Source: Candidatus Latescibacterota bacterium
GTDB lineage: Bacteria; Latescibacterota; UBA2968; UBA8231
Assembly: GCA_965248265.1 (NCBI GenBank)
Contig: CBDFJF010000002.1
Coordinates: forward strand, 928,001-992,000
DNA length: 64,000 bases
Direction of reading: 5' to 3'
The notes beneath the pieces are model-generated. The model made no database searches, had not been told where the DNA came from, and saw only the letters and a program-made list of their open reading frames with translations. A program made the translations under genes and the position numbers. Positions 30,257-41,290 of the stretch are shown piece by piece (positions within the stretch are counted from its first letter, which is position 1; every line of letters begins with the position of its first letter).

Positions 30257-30931
30257 TCATGAGCTCAGGAGTGGGTCAGGGATCCCGGCCTTATCGAAAC
30301 CGATCCGGCGAGCATGGCAGCTGTGGCAGGTCCCACACGGGTGATTTTCTGCAATGTAGCATGACCAGGTGAGGTGGAATGGGGCGCCCAGCTCGACGCC
30401 GCGAGCGACGATGCCGGCCTTGTCCATCGCCAGTAGCGGGGTCAGGACCTCGAGACGGGTATCCGGCCGGGTCCCCAACGACACCAGGGCATTGAAGGAC
30501 TCGAAGAACCCGCTCTGGCAGTCCGGGTAGGGGGCTCCGACCTCATGGGCGCCGAGGTAGACGGAAATCGCCCCTATGACCTCGGCCCAGCTGACGGCGA
30601 TGGCCAGCAGATTGGCGTTGCGGAAGGGGACGTAGGTGGAGGGCACGGCCGCTTGGTCGGCCGGGTAGTCGCCGCGCTCAACCTCAAGAGCCGGATCGGT
30701 CAGGCTGGAACCGCCGATGTCGCGCAGGTAGGCCACATCGACGACGCGACGCTCGTCGACGCCGTAATGGTCGGCTATCTGGGTGAAGGCCAGGTGCTCG
30801 CGGGCCTGGGTCCGCTGTCCGTAGGCCACATGGAGGAAGCAGAGCCGGTGTTTCTGGGCGGCAATGCCGGCGGTGACACAGCTGTCGAGACCACCGCTGA
30901 CCAGGACGACGGCATGGGGGAGGTCGCTCAT
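30257..30931 (-). CDS. queC: 7-cyano-7-deazaguanine synthase
   Basis: SGGLDS, YVPFRN, YPDC, TWSCY...CGTCHSC. Confidence 0.95.
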   Translation of the reverse strand: MSDLPHAVVLVSGGLDSCVTAGIAAQKHRLCFLHVAYGQRTQAREHLAFTQIADHYGVDERRVVDVAYLRDIGGSSLTDPALEVERGDYPADQAAVPSTYVPFRNANLLAIAVSWAEVIGAISVYLGAHEVGAPYPDCQSGFFESFNALVSLGTRPDTRLEVLTPLLAMDKAGIVARGVELGAPFHLTWSCYIAENHPCGTCHSCHARRIGFDKAGIPDPLLSS

Positions 30932-31058
30932 GGTGGCCAATGTACGAAATGCTACCGCCGCGGACATTGACAGTTGACCGGGAGTGCTTATGATAACCGT
31001 CAGTAGTTTATGAACTTATAGAAGGGAAACGGATCGCTGGAAAGGAAGCGGATCGCTG

Positions 31059-32327
31059 ATGGCGTTCTCCCAGTTCGATCAAGTCCCCAATCACTACGCG
31101 GGGCCGATCATACAGCGCATCAAGGAATTTCGCCTCGAGACGGGCAAGAGGTTGCTCAACCCGACGCGGCTGGCCATTGGCGATCTGGAGGTTCTGGTTC
31201 CGCGCCACTTCGGGTTCTGCTTCGGCGTCGAGCGAGCCATTCACATGGCTTTCTCCACGCTGGAACGCCATCCCGATCGCCGCATCAGCCTGGTCAGTGA
31301 GATCATCCACAACCCCCTGGTCAACGAGGAGTTGGAGGAACGAGGTGTCGAGTTCCTCTACGACAGGAACGGGGAGCGCCAGATCGCCGAAGACGAAATC
31401 ACCGGCGACGACATTGTCTTGATTCCGGCTTTCGGGACCACGCTGGAAATCGAAGACTCCCTGCAGCGCAGCGGTCTGGACACTGCTTCCGAAGAGTTTC
31501 GCGAACTCTACGACACCACCTGCCCCTTCGTGTCAAAGGTGTGGGACCGGGGAGAGGAGCTGGGACGCGAAGGCTACACCATCGTCATCCATGGCAAGTT
31601 CAAGCACGAGGAGACGCAAGCGACCCATTCTCATACCAAAGAGCATACCAAGACCCTGGTCGTCCTGGACAAGGATGAGGCATCACAGGTGCACGACTTC
31701 ATCGTCGGCGATATGTCAGGGGCAGATTTCGAAGCCCGTTTCGCGGACAAGTGGTCGGAGGGGTTCGACCCCTCCCGCGACCTGGAGCGGGTGGCCGTGG
31801 TCAATCAGACGACCATGCTGGCCGAGGAAACCAAAGAGGTTGGCGGCGTGCTGCGGGCGGCGATGGTGAAGAAATACGGCGAGGACGACCTGGAGCATCA
31901 TTTCGCCGACACCAGCGATACCCTGTGTTACGCCACGAACTGGAATCAATCGGCCAGCAAGGCCTTGCTCGAAGCGCGCCCTGATCTTGGTATCATCGTC
32001 GGCGGCTACAACAGCTCCAACACCTCTCACCTGGTGGAGATCTGCTCGCAGGTGATGCCCAGCTACCTGATCGGTGGCCCTGAAGAGCTGCTGTCGCGCG
32101 ATCGCATCCGCCATTTCGACATTCACGAGAAGAAGCTCGTGGTTGCCGATGATTGGCTGCCGAGCCAGTTACCGGCGACGATTGCCGTAACTTCGGGCGC
32201 CTCGTGCCCGGACGTGCTGATGAACGGAGTGGTGCAGACGATTGCCGGCTATTTCGGCTACGGCGCCGATGACATCGAGACCGGTCTGGATCAGCTCAGC
32301 CTGTACGGAGACGCGGCGCCGGCCTGA
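31059..32327 (+). CDS. ispH: 4-hydroxy-3-methylbut-2-enyl diphosphate reductase
   Basis: GFCFGVERAI, IIHNP, DTTCPFV, NQTT, TLCYAT, SSNTSHL, TSGASCP. Confidence 0.95.
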   Translation: MAFSQFDQVPNHYAGPIIQRIKEFRLETGKRLLNPTRLAIGDLEVLVPRHFGFCFGVERAIHMAFSTLERHPDRRISLVSEIIHNPLVNEELEERGVEFLYDRNGERQIAEDEITGDDIVLIPAFGTTLEIEDSLQRSGLDTASEEFRELYDTTCPFVSKVWDRGEELGREGYTIVIHGKFKHEETQATHSHTKEHTKTLVVLDKDEASQVHDFIVGDMSGADFEARFADKWSEGFDPSRDLERVAVVNQTTMLAEETKEVGGVLRAAMVKKYGEDDLEHHFADTSDTLCYATNWNQSASKALLEARPDLGIIVGGYNSSNTSHLVEICSQVMPSYLIGGPEELLSRDRIRHFDIHEKKLVVADDWLPSQLPATIAVTSGASCPDVLMNGVVQTIAGYFGYGADDIETGLDQLSLYGDAAPA

Positions 32328-32347
32328 CCAGGTGTCTCTACCGGAAC

Positions 32348-33151
32348 TCAATCCGCCGCAATCACCGGGTTTACCAGCCGCCCGATACTCTCAATCTCGA
32401 TCACGACCTCGTCACCAGCCTGAAGAAAGACCGGCGGTTTGCGGGCGAAACCGACGCCCTGGGGTGTGCCGGTCAGAATGACCGTTCCGGCCAGCAGGGT
32501 CGTGTCCTGGCTCAGGAAGTGGATTAGATAGGCGACGGAGAAGATCATGTCACCGGTGGTATGCTCCTGCATGGTCTGGCCGTTGAGGATTGTCTTGATC
32601 GCCAGGCTCTGAGGATCAGGGATCTCGTCGGGCGTCACCAGCACCGGACCGAGCGGGCAAAACGTGTCGAAGCCCTTGCCGCGGATCCACTGACCACCAC
32701 CCCCGTGAAGCTGCCAGTGACGGGCCGACACATCGTGACCACAGGTATAGCCGGCCACGTACTGCAGGGCATCGGATTCGGCTACGTCGCGACAGTCCTT
32801 GCCGATGACGACGGCCAGCTCACATTCGTAATCCACTTCCGAATCATGCTGGCAGGCCGGCAGTCGAATCGACTCGCCGGGTCCGAGCAACGTGCTGGTC
32901 GGTTTCATGAAGACGACGGGATTCTCCGGCGCCGCCATGCCGGATTCGGCCGCATGTTCGCGGTAGTTGAGGCCGATGCAGAAGATGTTGGTGGGTTCCA
33001 GCGGGGCGAGTAGCTTGTGCACTGTCGCGCGATCGTCCGTGGATTGCAGTCCGCCGTACAGGCTGCCGGAGAGAATTCGGGCTTGACCGTCGTCCGTCTC
33101 CTCTCCCAGCAGGATGTTGCCGTTTTCGTCTTCGAATCGTATTACACGCAT
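32348..33151 (-). CDS. Fumarylacetoacetate hydrolase family protein
   Basis: CIGLNYREH, DYECEL, DVSAR, GKGFDTFCPLGP, ILTGTP. Confidence 0.92.
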   Translation of the reverse strand: MRVIRFEDENGNILLGEETDDGQARILSGSLYGGLQSTDDRATVHKLLAPLEPTNIFCIGLNYREHAAESGMAAPENPVVFMKPTSTLLGPGESIRLPACQHDSEVDYECELAVVIGKDCRDVAESDALQYVAGYTCGHDVSARHWQLHGGGGQWIRGKGFDTFCPLGPVLVTPDEIPDPQSLAIKTILNGQTMQEHTTGDMIFSVAYLIHFLSQDTTLLAGTVILTGTPQGVGFARKPPVFLQAGDEVVIEIESIGRLVNPVIAAD

Positions 33152-33440
33152 GCCGCGCTCCTTATCGGGTATAGACTATAGTGTCGCGTCTCAGGAATAC
33201 GTCGACATTCTTCCGCCGATCCATCCCTGCTCGCGGCGTTGCCTTCGCTCGTCGTATCCCACTGATACGACTCGCTCAGGCGCCTTGCGAGCAGGGCGCC
33301 TCGGCGGCCGAATTTTGTCAACCTATTCCTGAGACGCGACACTAGTCTCTGAAAGTTGCAGATGAGGAAACTAATGAGAAATCTTTCGAGCGCACGATCG
33401 GAGCGGGAGTCGGCTGCCGCGAGGACGTGGTGATTCGGCC

Positions 33441-34547
33441 ATGACAGGTCCCAGTTTGCTGGTAGTCGGAGCTGGAATCGTGGGCCGCTCAGTCGCCTAC
33501 TACGCCTCCCGTGCGGGCGCTGAAGTCCATCTGGTTGACGCCGATGCCGATCCTTCGCCAACCACACGCGCGTCGCTGGGGGTTCTGACCCATTTCAACG
33601 GCGGCGACGACGCTTATGGCCTGCTGTATCGCGACGGTCATGTGCTGCATGAACACCTGGCCGCACAGCTGATGGAGGAAACCGGAGTGGATGTCGGTTG
33701 GCGCGCCCTCGGTGGCATCGATGTCGCCTTCAGCGAGGCGGACCTGCAGGCGCTGGTTGAGATGTGCGAGTTCAACAAGGCGCGAGGCTGCGTCGCACAG
33801 CTGCTGGATGGCGAGGGTGTGCGTGAGCTTGAACCGTTGTTGCGAGAGGACGCGCTTGGCGGGTTGTACTTCCCTGGTGATCATCGTGTCGATCCCGCGG
33901 CACTGGCTGACGCACTGCTGGCAGCAGCTCGCCGCCGAGGGATTCACATTTCATTCGATACGCCGCTCAGTCGCCTCGAGGGCAACGGCACCGGTGTGCG
34001 GGCCGTGTTCGCGGGTGATGCATCGGGCAACTTATCGAAGGAGTTCGACTGTGCCGTGGTAGCGGCCGGAGCCTGGACGGGCAAGCTACTGGCAGCCAGC
34101 GCTGGCGCGGAAGAGGTGGCGGTCCGTCCGGTGCGGGGGCAGCATTGCGTCTATGGGGCGGGAGGAGGCAGTCTGCGCCGTGTGCTGAGGTACGACGGCC
34201 ACCATCTGCTTCCGACCACTGAGGGAATCACGGTGGCGGCGACGGTCGAAGAGGTCGGCTTCGATCTCGGTACCACCGAAGCGGCAGCGACCCAGTTCGG
34301 GCTGACCCTGGAGCGGGTGTTGGGCATCCGTGACCGGCCCATACACCAGCGTGCGGGGCTGCGTCCCAAACCGCGCAAGGGTCGCCCGGTCATCGCGCCC
34401 CTGGATGACATGCCCGGCGTCTTCGTGGCCAGCGGTCACTACAAGAACGGGGTGCTTCTGGGTCCGATCACGGGACAGATCGTGGCTGCCTGGGTACTGG
34501 AAGGTCAGCCACCGCGCGACATGAGCCATTTCGCGATCGCGCGCTAG
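33441..34547 (+). CDS. FAD-dependent oxidoreductase (glycine oxidase/DAO family)
   Basis: VVGAGIVG, AAGAW, RPVRGQ, AGLRP, GHYKNGVLLGP. Confidence 0.85.
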   Translation: MTGPSLLVVGAGIVGRSVAYYASRAGAEVHLVDADADPSPTTRASLGVLTHFNGGDDAYGLLYRDGHVLHEHLAAQLMEETGVDVGWRALGGIDVAFSEADLQALVEMCEFNKARGCVAQLLDGEGVRELEPLLREDALGGLYFPGDHRVDPAALADALLAAARRRGIHISFDTPLSRLEGNGTGVRAVFAGDASGNLSKEFDCAVVAAGAWTGKLLAASAGAEEVAVRPVRGQHCVYGAGGGSLRRVLRYDGHHLLPTTEGITVAATVEEVGFDLGTTEAAATQFGLTLERVLGIRDRPIHQRAGLRPKPRKGRPVIAPLDDMPGVFVASGHYKNGVLLGPITGQIVAAWVLEGQPPRDMSHFAIAR

Positions 34548-34701
34548 TGGCTTTCAGCTTTCCATTTCGTTGACAGCTGCTGGTTATTCCGATAACGTTG
34601 GGTAACCGGCACGAGACGATACTCGTGGCGTGCCGGCACCTGCAACCCTCCCTGACAATGATCCCGGTAGCACCTCTGACTCTCTCGACCGGAGCCCCTG
34701 A

Positions 34702-35643
34702 ATGCCACTGAGTAACGAAGAACTGATTGACGCCCTGGATTCTGTCACCTCCGTCATCATCCTGCCCTACCGAGACGGTGGACTCGACTTCGAGGGGATC
34801 GGCAAGAACGTCGATTACCTGATCCAGAACAACCATCTGGACGACGATCGACAGCGGGTGGTGGCGGTTGCCGGGACCAGCCTGATCCATCACGTGTCGC
34901 GCGCAGAGCAGACGCGGATCATGGATTTCATCGGCACCCGCATCGGTGGCAAAGGTGTGTTGATGTCGGGAATCGCGCCCAATCCGCTGGTGGATGCGGG
35001 AGAGTTGATCGAGACCCAAGCCCGATTGAGTCGTCCTCCCGATTGTTATTTGATCATGCCGGTGACCGGGGTCGCCGATCCCGCCGGTTTCTACGATACC
35101 TACATGCAGTTCGCCGAGCGCTACGCTGCCAGCTCGGGAGCACGTCTGCTCTATTATATGAGGGAATCGAGTCAAGCAGAGGGAGCCGTGCGCTTGGTCA
35201 ACGACTCGCCGCACTTTGTCGGCATCAAGGTCGGTACCAGCCAAGAGGATGTCAGCGCCATCGTCGAGGGGGTCAATGATGGTAGCGGCATCGTGATGTG
35301 GGGGATCGGGGACCGTTCCACGGGGCCTGCAACCAAGGGTACCAAGGGACATACTTCAGGCATCAATCTGGGCTTCGTCAAGGCTTCCGATGCGATCAAC
35401 AATGCCCAGCGAAAAGGGGATTACGAGACCGGGTTCAAGGTCGAGAGGGAGCTCACGCCCCTGGAAGAAATCCGTTTTCGCGATGCCAGAAGATACAATT
35501 ACTCCGCCGTAGTTGAAGTGATTCGCCACGCCGGTTGGGACGATGTAGTGGGAGGGGAAGGGGGCCCGTTCAATCCGCCGGTTCCGCCAGAGGTCTCCGC
35601 CGAAGTCGAGACGGCAATCTCGGGGATCCTGCACTACCACTGA
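34702..35643 (+). CDS. Dihydrodipicolinate synthase (DHDPS/NAL) family aldolase-like protein
   Basis: TIM-barrel layout, GLDFEG, LLYY, VGIKVG (Schiff-base Lys); divergent AGTS in place of GTTGE. Confidence 0.75.
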   Translation: MPLSNEELIDALDSVTSVIILPYRDGGLDFEGIGKNVDYLIQNNHLDDDRQRVVAVAGTSLIHHVSRAEQTRIMDFIGTRIGGKGVLMSGIAPNPLVDAGELIETQARLSRPPDCYLIMPVTGVADPAGFYDTYMQFAERYAASSGARLLYYMRESSQAEGAVRLVNDSPHFVGIKVGTSQEDVSAIVEGVNDGSGIVMWGIGDRSTGPATKGTKGHTSGINLGFVKASDAINNAQRKGDYETGFKVERELTPLEEIRFRDARRYNYSAVVEVIRHAGWDDVVGGEGGPFNPPVPPEVSAEVETAISGILHYH

Positions 35644-35650
35644 GGTCGAC

Positions 35651-35863
35651 ATGCGCGGTATGCCCGGTAGGCGCAGTAACAGCAACTTCAGGATGTACGC
35701 ATTGATAACGGCCGTGTGCGGCCTTCTGGCCGTAATCGCCCATTTTCTCTTCGAGGCTCCGGATATGGTGCGTCAGTACGCCGAGGAAACCGTCGACAAC
35801 GCCGTTCAGGACGCCGTCAAGAAAGAGGTTCAGCGAGCGGCGGCCACACAACGGCGTCCATAG
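35651..35863 (+). CDS. Small membrane protein, hypothetical
   Basis: 70 aa, one TM helix, GAGGT RBS, follows the DHDPS-like gene. Confidence 0.55.
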   Translation: MRGMPGRRSNSNFRMYALITAVCGLLAVIAHFLFEAPDMVRQYAEETVDNAVQDAVKKEVQRAAATQRRP

Positions 35864-35896
35864 CGCAATGGGATTGAGTCGACACGAGGAATCCGC

Positions 35897-36193
35897 TCAG
35901 GCCTCGCTGTTCAGGCGGTTGAGGTACTCCTGCCATTCGACGGGGACCAGGTCGCGCTTGTTGGTGTTGCATTCTTTGCAGCAGGCAACCACGTTCGATT
36001 TCGTCGAGCGGCCGCCCCGCACGATCGGCACGATGTGGTCCATGGTAAGTTCTCGCACCGGAATCGAACGGTCGCAGTAATGGCACTTGCCGACACTCAA
36101 TCGGTTCTTCCACCACTGCGATCGCCGCAGCTCTCGGGCTTTGGCCTTCTCTCGGGTGATGTGCTCTTCGGAGGCTGGAGTGTAATAATCCAT
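35897..36193 (-). CDS. HNH endonuclease (small housekeeping-type)
   Basis: REKAKARELRRSQWWK, CHYC, TMDHIVPIVRGG, CKECN. Confidence 0.9.
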   Translation of the reverse strand: MDYYTPASEEHITREKAKARELRRSQWWKNRLSVGKCHYCDRSIPVRELTMDHIVPIVRGGRSTKSNVVACCKECNTNKRDLVPVEWQEYLNRLNSEA

Positions 36194-36235
36194 GACAACT
36201 CTATGGTAGACTTCAGCTCCTAGGCGAGCAACCGC

Positions 36236-36931
36236 ATGTCGCAGCAGACCATCATTCCGTTGTTTCCGTTGCCGCTGGTCGTCTTCCCCGGACAAATTCT
36301 GCCGCTGCACATTTTCGAAGACCGCTACAAACAGATGATCGGTGACTGTGGCGTCGAGGCGGATGACACCATCGCCGAACCTTCCAGGCCCTTCGGCATT
36401 TCGTTCACGCATGACCAGGCGAGTGCCGAACTGTCCTCGCTGACGGAGCAGCCGATCGAAGAGGTGGGCTGCAGCGTCGTCGTCGCCCGCGTCGCCAGGC
36501 GCTATCCGGATGGCCGTCTGGATATCATCACCCGGGCCCAGCGACGCTACGATACGCTGGACGTGTTCGAGGACCGTCCGTACCTGACTGCTTCGGTGAA
36601 TTTCTTCAATGACGGGGACGTCACCGTCGATGCCGCCCTTTCACGGGCGGCTCGTGAGCGTTTCGCGCAACTGATGGAACTGGCTGGCGAAGGAGACCGG
36701 GAGGACGATACCAACAACGGGGGGGCCGAGGCCACGCCAGATCAGGGTTCCTTTGCCATGGCCGCGAATGCCGGGTTGGATCCACCCAAGAAGCAGCAAG
36801 TGCTCCAGATGCGTTCAGAGAACGAGCGGCTGCAGTTCCTGGTCGAGCACCTCGACGAGTTGCTGCCTGTCCTGCGCAACAAGGTGGAACTGCAGAAGCG
36901 GGTCAAGTCGAACGGACATCCCCGCGAGTGA
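36236..36931 (+). CDS. LON peptidase substrate-binding domain protein
   Basis: PLFPLPLVVFPGQILPLHIFEDRYKQMI, YPDGRLDI. Confidence 0.88.
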   Translation: MSQQTIIPLFPLPLVVFPGQILPLHIFEDRYKQMIGDCGVEADDTIAEPSRPFGISFTHDQASAELSSLTEQPIEEVGCSVVVARVARRYPDGRLDIITRAQRRYDTLDVFEDRPYLTASVNFFNDGDVTVDAALSRAARERFAQLMELAGEGDREDDTNNGGAEATPDQGSFAMAANAGLDPPKKQQVLQMRSENERLQFLVEHLDELLPVLRNKVELQKRVKSNGHPRE

Positions 36932-36958
36932 TCGGTCGTCCGACTTCAGTCGGACGAC

Positions 36959-37672
36959 TCAGTCGCCGTCGACAAACACGCTCTCGGCAACTTCGATTCC
37001 GATGTGGTGGCGGTGCTGGCCATCGATGCTGACCAGAATAGGACCTCGGAAGGGTGCTTTTTCCTCGACCATGACGAGGGCTCCCAGACGCAGTTGTTTT
37101 TCGTCCAGGTAGCGCAACAACTCAGCATTGCGGTCGCTCACCTGCCGGATGCGTGCCGCCTGACCCTCGTCCAGATCGGCCAGCCGCCTGAACTCGTGGG
37201 TGGCGATTGCCCCATCCTTGGTCGGAATGGGCTCGCCGTGGGCTCCGACGGTCGGGTATCCCAGCGCCGCGTCCATGCGCTCCTCGAAGTCTTCAGAGAT
37301 AGCATGCTCCAGCCGGTCGGCCTCAGCGTCGACTTCGTCCCAACCGAATCCCAATGCCTGTGACAGGTACAACTCCAGCAGCCGATGATGGCGGATGATC
37401 TCGAGGGCGATCTTCTCGCCCGATGAGGTCAGCGTCACCCCCTGGTACGGGGTGTGGTCGACCAGATTCATCTCCGCCAGCTTCTTGATCATGTTGGTTG
37501 CCGAGGCCGCTGATACCTTCATGCGTTCGGCAATCAAGGACGTCGTGACCGATCCCGGGGTCTCCCCCGCCGCCAGCTTGTAAATCGACTTGAGGTAATC
37601 CTGGACCGATTCACTGAGGACACTGTCCTGGCCGACGGTCGTCGTCTTCGACGGATCGTTGTGTTCACTCAT
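36959..37672 (-). CDS. DtxR/MntR-family metal-dependent regulator with C-terminal FeoA-like domain
   Basis: QDYLKSIY, HRLLELYL, EADRLEHAIS, HGEPIP. Confidence 0.92.
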   Translation of the reverse strand: MSEHNDPSKTTTVGQDSVLSESVQDYLKSIYKLAAGETPGSVTTSLIAERMKVSAASATNMIKKLAEMNLVDHTPYQGVTLTSSGEKIALEIIRHHRLLELYLSQALGFGWDEVDAEADRLEHAISEDFEERMDAALGYPTVGAHGEPIPTKDGAIATHEFRRLADLDEGQAARIRQVSDRNAELLRYLDEKQLRLGALVMVEEKAPFRGPILVSIDGQHRHHIGIEVAESVFVDGD

Positions 37673-37679
37673 TGGATCA

Positions 37680-39107
37680 TCACCCCGCAACAAGATGCCA
37701 TACCTGAGTAACAAAGAAACAGAGTGCAAAGCCCATGGCAATGGGGAGCAATCCGGAAATCGCCGTCCATTTGATGCTCTTCGTTTCCCGGTAAATGGTG
37801 TAAAGGGTTGTCGAGCAGGGATTGTGGACCAGGCTGAAGAGCATCAGGTTCACGGCCGTGAGCAAGGTCCATCCGCCGGCCGTGAAGATGGCGGCGGTAT
37901 CCGTTTCTGAATCCAATTCGAACATCACGCCGGCGCCATCTCCAAAACCCGCCACCCGTGCGCTCAACACGGTCAGCATCAAAATCGTCGGGATGACGAT
38001 TTCGTTGGCGGGGATGGCGACGATGTAGGCGAGCAGGATGACGCCGTTCAACCCCACCAGAAGGGCGAAGGTGTCGGAGCCGGATATGAAGCGCTCGGCG
38101 ATGCTGACGTCGGCGATGGTGACGTTGGAGGCCAACCAGATCGCGGCGCCCGCGGGAATGGCGAAGACGACGGCCCTCCACAGCACGATCAAGGTGCGGT
38201 CGATGATGGAGGTGTAGATGGTCCGCAGAATTCGTGGCGGCCTGTAGGGGGGCAGTTCCAGGCTGAACGCCGAGGCTTCGCCCTTCAAAATAGTGTGAGA
38301 CAGACCCCAGGAGACGACGAAAGACAGCACAATGCCGAGCACGGCGATGGAGACGACGGCCCCGGCGGAGACCAGGCCGGCCCAGTGCGCCGGCACCAGC
38401 CCGCCGATGAAGATGCTGGCGATGAGGATCTGCGTCGGCCAGCGTCCATTACACAGGGCAAAGTTGTTGGTGATGATGGCGATCAAGCGCTCTCTGGGGC
38501 TGTCGATGACACGCGTGGAAACTATGGCGGCGGCGTTGCAGCCGAATCCCATGGCCATGGTCAGGGCCTGCTTGCCGTGAGCGCCGCTTTTCTTGAACAG
38601 GTTGTCGAGGTTGAAGGCGACCCGTGGCAGGTAACCGAAATCCTCTAGGAGTGTGAACAGAGGGAAGAAAATGGCCATCGGTGGCAGCATGACCGCGATC
38701 ACCCAGGCCATGGCCAGGTACATGCCATCGATCAGCAGACCGTCCACCCACCAGGGCAGACCCACCGTCGCAGCCAGACCTTTGAGCAGCGGGTGAGTGT
38801 CATCGATCAGCAGCGTCGCCAGCATACTGGAAGGCGTGTTGGCCCCTTCGATGGTCAACCAGAATACGACCGCCAGCATCAGCAGCATCAGCGGAAATCC
38901 CAGCCAGCGGCTGGTGACGAGACGATCGATGGTGCGATCAAGGTGGAATCGGGGTTTTTTGTCCCTGCGTGTCACGGTGCGGTCGGCGATGCGTCCGGCA
39001 TCGGCGTAGATTGATTCCATCAGCGTGTCGTGCAGGTTGGCACCAGCCTCCCAGCGCAGGGTGTCTGCCGCGGCCAGGACGCTCTCGGGTGTGGTTTTCT
39101 CCGTCAT
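37680..39107 (-). CDS. FeoB membrane (Gate) domain protein, C-terminal half of a split FeoB
   Basis: [40 protein letters not shown]. Confidence 0.9.
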   Translation of the reverse strand: MTEKTTPESVLAAADTLRWEAGANLHDTLMESIYADAGRIADRTVTRRDKKPRFHLDRTIDRLVTSRWLGFPLMLLMLAVVFWLTIEGANTPSSMLATLLIDDTHPLLKGLAATVGLPWWVDGLLIDGMYLAMAWVIAVMLPPMAIFFPLFTLLEDFGYLPRVAFNLDNLFKKSGAHGKQALTMAMGFGCNAAAIVSTRVIDSPRERLIAIITNNFALCNGRWPTQILIASIFIGGLVPAHWAGLVSAGAVVSIAVLGIVLSFVVSWGLSHTILKGEASAFSLELPPYRPPRILRTIYTSIIDRTLIVLWRAVVFAIPAGAAIWLASNVTIADVSIAERFISGSDTFALLVGLNGVILLAYIVAIPANEIVIPTILMLTVLSARVAGFGDGAGVMFELDSETDTAAIFTAGGWTLLTAVNLMLFSLVHNPCSTTLYTIYRETKSIKWTAISGLLPIAMGFALCFFVTQVWHLVAG

Positions 39108-39931
39108 GACGCGGTCTCCACAAGTTCGGGTGGCGCTGCTGTTGCCTCATTCAGATCGCCGAGTTCACCAGAGCGCACCGCCTCGACGATGCGACGGTCC
39201 CCCTCCAGCAGACGCATCGCTACCCAGCGGGCGTTGTCGAGCCCCGGAAAGGCGCGTCCGATTTCTCCTGAAAGCTTCTCGATGGCCTGCGTGAGTGGCT
39301 CTGATTCACGGGATTCTATTCGATGGGGCTTGCAGGCAACCTGCCCGCTGGCGACTTCGCTGATGGCCTGGATGAGTTCGGGAATGCCTTCGTTCTGGCG
39401 GGCCGCCGTGGGCACGACCGGAACCCCGAGGTCGCGTGCCAGGGTGCGCTCGTCCAGCGAAAAGCCGTGACGTTTGGCTTCGTCGATCAGGTTGAGGCAG
39501 ACGACCGCCCGGTCGGTGATTTCCAACACCTGCAGCACCAGGTTCAGGTTGCGCTCTAGACGAGTGCTGTCGACGACGACGACGGTGACGTCAGGTCGAC
39601 CGAAAAGGATGAAATCCCGTGCCACCTCCTCGTCGACGCTGGTCGAAAGCAGGGAGTAGGTGCCCGGCAGGTCAACGAGCTTATAGCGTTGGTCCTGATA
39701 GGCGAAGCCGCCCTCGGCGCGCACGACGGTTTTGCCGGGCCAGTTGCCGGTGTGCTGACGCAGTCCGGTGAGGGCGTTGAAGACGGTGCTCTTGCCCGTG
39801 TTCGGATTACCAGCCAGGGCGACGACATAGTCCCAGTTGGCCATGTTGACGCCCAGCTTGATCAGGTTGCCAGTGTGGTGGGCTGGACACGCCTCGCAGG
39901 CGCTGCCCGCAGGGTGCGATTGAGTTGCCAT
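39104..39931 (-). CDS. FeoB small GTPase domain protein, N-terminal half of a split FeoB
   Basis: [28 protein letters not shown]. Confidence 0.92.
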   Translation of the reverse strand: MATQSHPAGSACEACPAHHTGNLIKLGVNMANWDYVVALAGNPNTGKSTVFNALTGLRQHTGNWPGKTVVRAEGGFAYQDQRYKLVDLPGTYSLLSTSVDEEVARDFILFGRPDVTVVVVDSTRLERNLNLVLQVLEITDRAVVCLNLIDEAKRHGFSLDERTLARDLGVPVVPTAARQNEGIPELIQAISEVASGQVACKPHRIESRESEPLTQAIEKLSGEIGRAFPGLDNARWVAMRLLEGDRRIVEAVRSGELGDLNEATAAPPELVETAS

Positions 39932-40968
39932 TACGCGGCCTCCATTGATCTTGTTATCAGCACGTGATCCGACTGCTCTCGACGCAGGGCGATCATGGCG
40001 CCGCGCACCCGGTAGGCGGTCGGATCGCCAACCGGACTGCGGAGCTCAGCTTCGACGACCGTACCGGGGATGATCCCCAGGTCCATGAGGCGCCTTCGTT
40101 CCAGGCCTCGGCAGGCCGGCGAGATGCGGACAACTCGGCCGCTTTCGCTCAGTCCCAGCGTCGACAGGGTTTCGTAGGGACCTTCCATTTCCTGGGTTGT
40201 CTGAATCGGCACAATGAAGACGTTGGCCGCCAGCGTAGGCGAGAGCTCGAGGACCTGTCCATCGGCGAGAAAGCGGATGATCTCGTCCGTGCTCTCGTGT
40301 ACCTCGACCTGTGTTCCCAAATGCAGACCGGCGTCGACGAGTTGGACATAGACTTCCTCCGGCTCATCCTCCATGTGGGCGATCGTGGCCAGGCGTCCAG
40401 GTTGCAGTTTGGTGATCGGAAGGCCCTGACGCGGGCCCACGTCTCCCGAGGCCGTCGGAATCGGATCGCCGTGAGGATCGTAGACCGGATAGCCCATCCG
40501 CTGGTCGAGTTGATCGACCTCGTCCGCCGAAAGGCGATGTTCCTCGCGCTCGGCCTCGCCGTGCCAGCTGGCATGACCCAATCCGGTTTCCTCAGCCAGA
40601 TGCTGTTCCCACAACCGGTGTACGCGCACGATTCGCAGGGCATAGTCACGGCCCGTCGAGGTGAGGCTCAACTCGCCTTCAGCCCGCGTCGTCAGGGCCT
40701 GTCTCTCGAGGTGGATGAGCAGTTCGGCCGCTTTGTTGCCCGAGATTTGCAAAGCGCCGGAGAGGCTCTCCACTGTGACGGGTTGCTTCCCGTACTCGCA
40801 GTGATAAAGGTGCTTGAGGGCATCTTCGATTACGGCGCGATCACCGACCCGGCGCAGCTGGCTCCAGCGAGAGAGTAGTCCGCGTTCGGGCCAAACGATA
40901 AAGAGGGCCACAGCCGTGAGCAGGGCAGCGACGATCAGCGCTGACAGTGGGTCTACAGGAGGGTTCAC
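39931..40968 (-). CDS. Membrane-anchored DtxR-like protein with tandem FeoA domains
   Basis: N-terminal TM helix; EDALKHLY; HRLWEQHL; EAEREEH; DPHGDPIP; C-terminal [28 protein letters not shown] FeoA. Confidence 0.88.
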   Translation of the reverse strand: MNPPVDPLSALIVAALLTAVALFIVWPERGLLSRWSQLRRVGDRAVIEDALKHLYHCEYGKQPVTVESLSGALQISGNKAAELLIHLERQALTTRAEGELSLTSTGRDYALRIVRVHRLWEQHLAEETGLGHASWHGEAEREEHRLSADEVDQLDQRMGYPVYDPHGDPIPTASGDVGPRQGLPITKLQPGRLATIAHMEDEPEEVYVQLVDAGLHLGTQVEVHESTDEIIRFLADGQVLELSPTLAANVFIVPIQTTQEMEGPYETLSTLGLSESGRVVRISPACRGLERRRLMDLGIIPGTVVEAELRSPVGDPTAYRVRGAMIALRREQSDHVLITRSMEAA

Positions 40969-41006
40969 GTCATGCTCTCCAGAGATGATAAACCGTGTGA
41001 AACTTT

Positions 41007-41028
41007 ATTTTTAGTCATGGCTAAAAAT
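41007..41028. promoter_or_regulatory. Palindromic DtxR/MntR-type operator upstream of the feo operon
   Basis: ATTTTTAGTCATGGCTAAAAAT, 20/22 self-complementary, about 40 bp upstream of the first gene. Confidence 0.7.
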
Positions 41029-41091
41029 TATGGTTTGGGGGGGATCTGTCAAGATCTGGGGGGCCCGAAGGTGATGCATCGAAAAACGGGG

Positions 41092-41130
41092 AAACCAAAC
41101 ACCAAAACCAAACACCAAAACCAAGTACCA
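41092..41130. repeat. 13-bp tandem repeat AAACCAAACACCA x3 (third copy degenerate)
   Basis: Read directly from the sequence. Confidence 0.8.
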
Positions 41131-41290
41131 AAAATCGAAACCGAAGACCAACCAACACCAGACTTACCAGAACTCCATGGCATGCATGTTGCATAGGGCT
41201 GTGTGACAGAGCGGTCACCATGCGAACACGATCGACCCAAGAGGAAAGCGAACATGACGAAGATGACGGCACATCAAGTCCCCATCGCTG

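Noticed and set aside
29767-30931. queC/queF as a Dpd or QatABCD-type defence system
   Set aside because: Canonical lengths and motifs for queuosine biosynthesis; no dpd or qat partners.
35897-36193. HNH nuclease as a defence or homing system
   Set aside because: Small conserved-type HNH in a housekeeping neighbourhood, with no partner genes or intron context.
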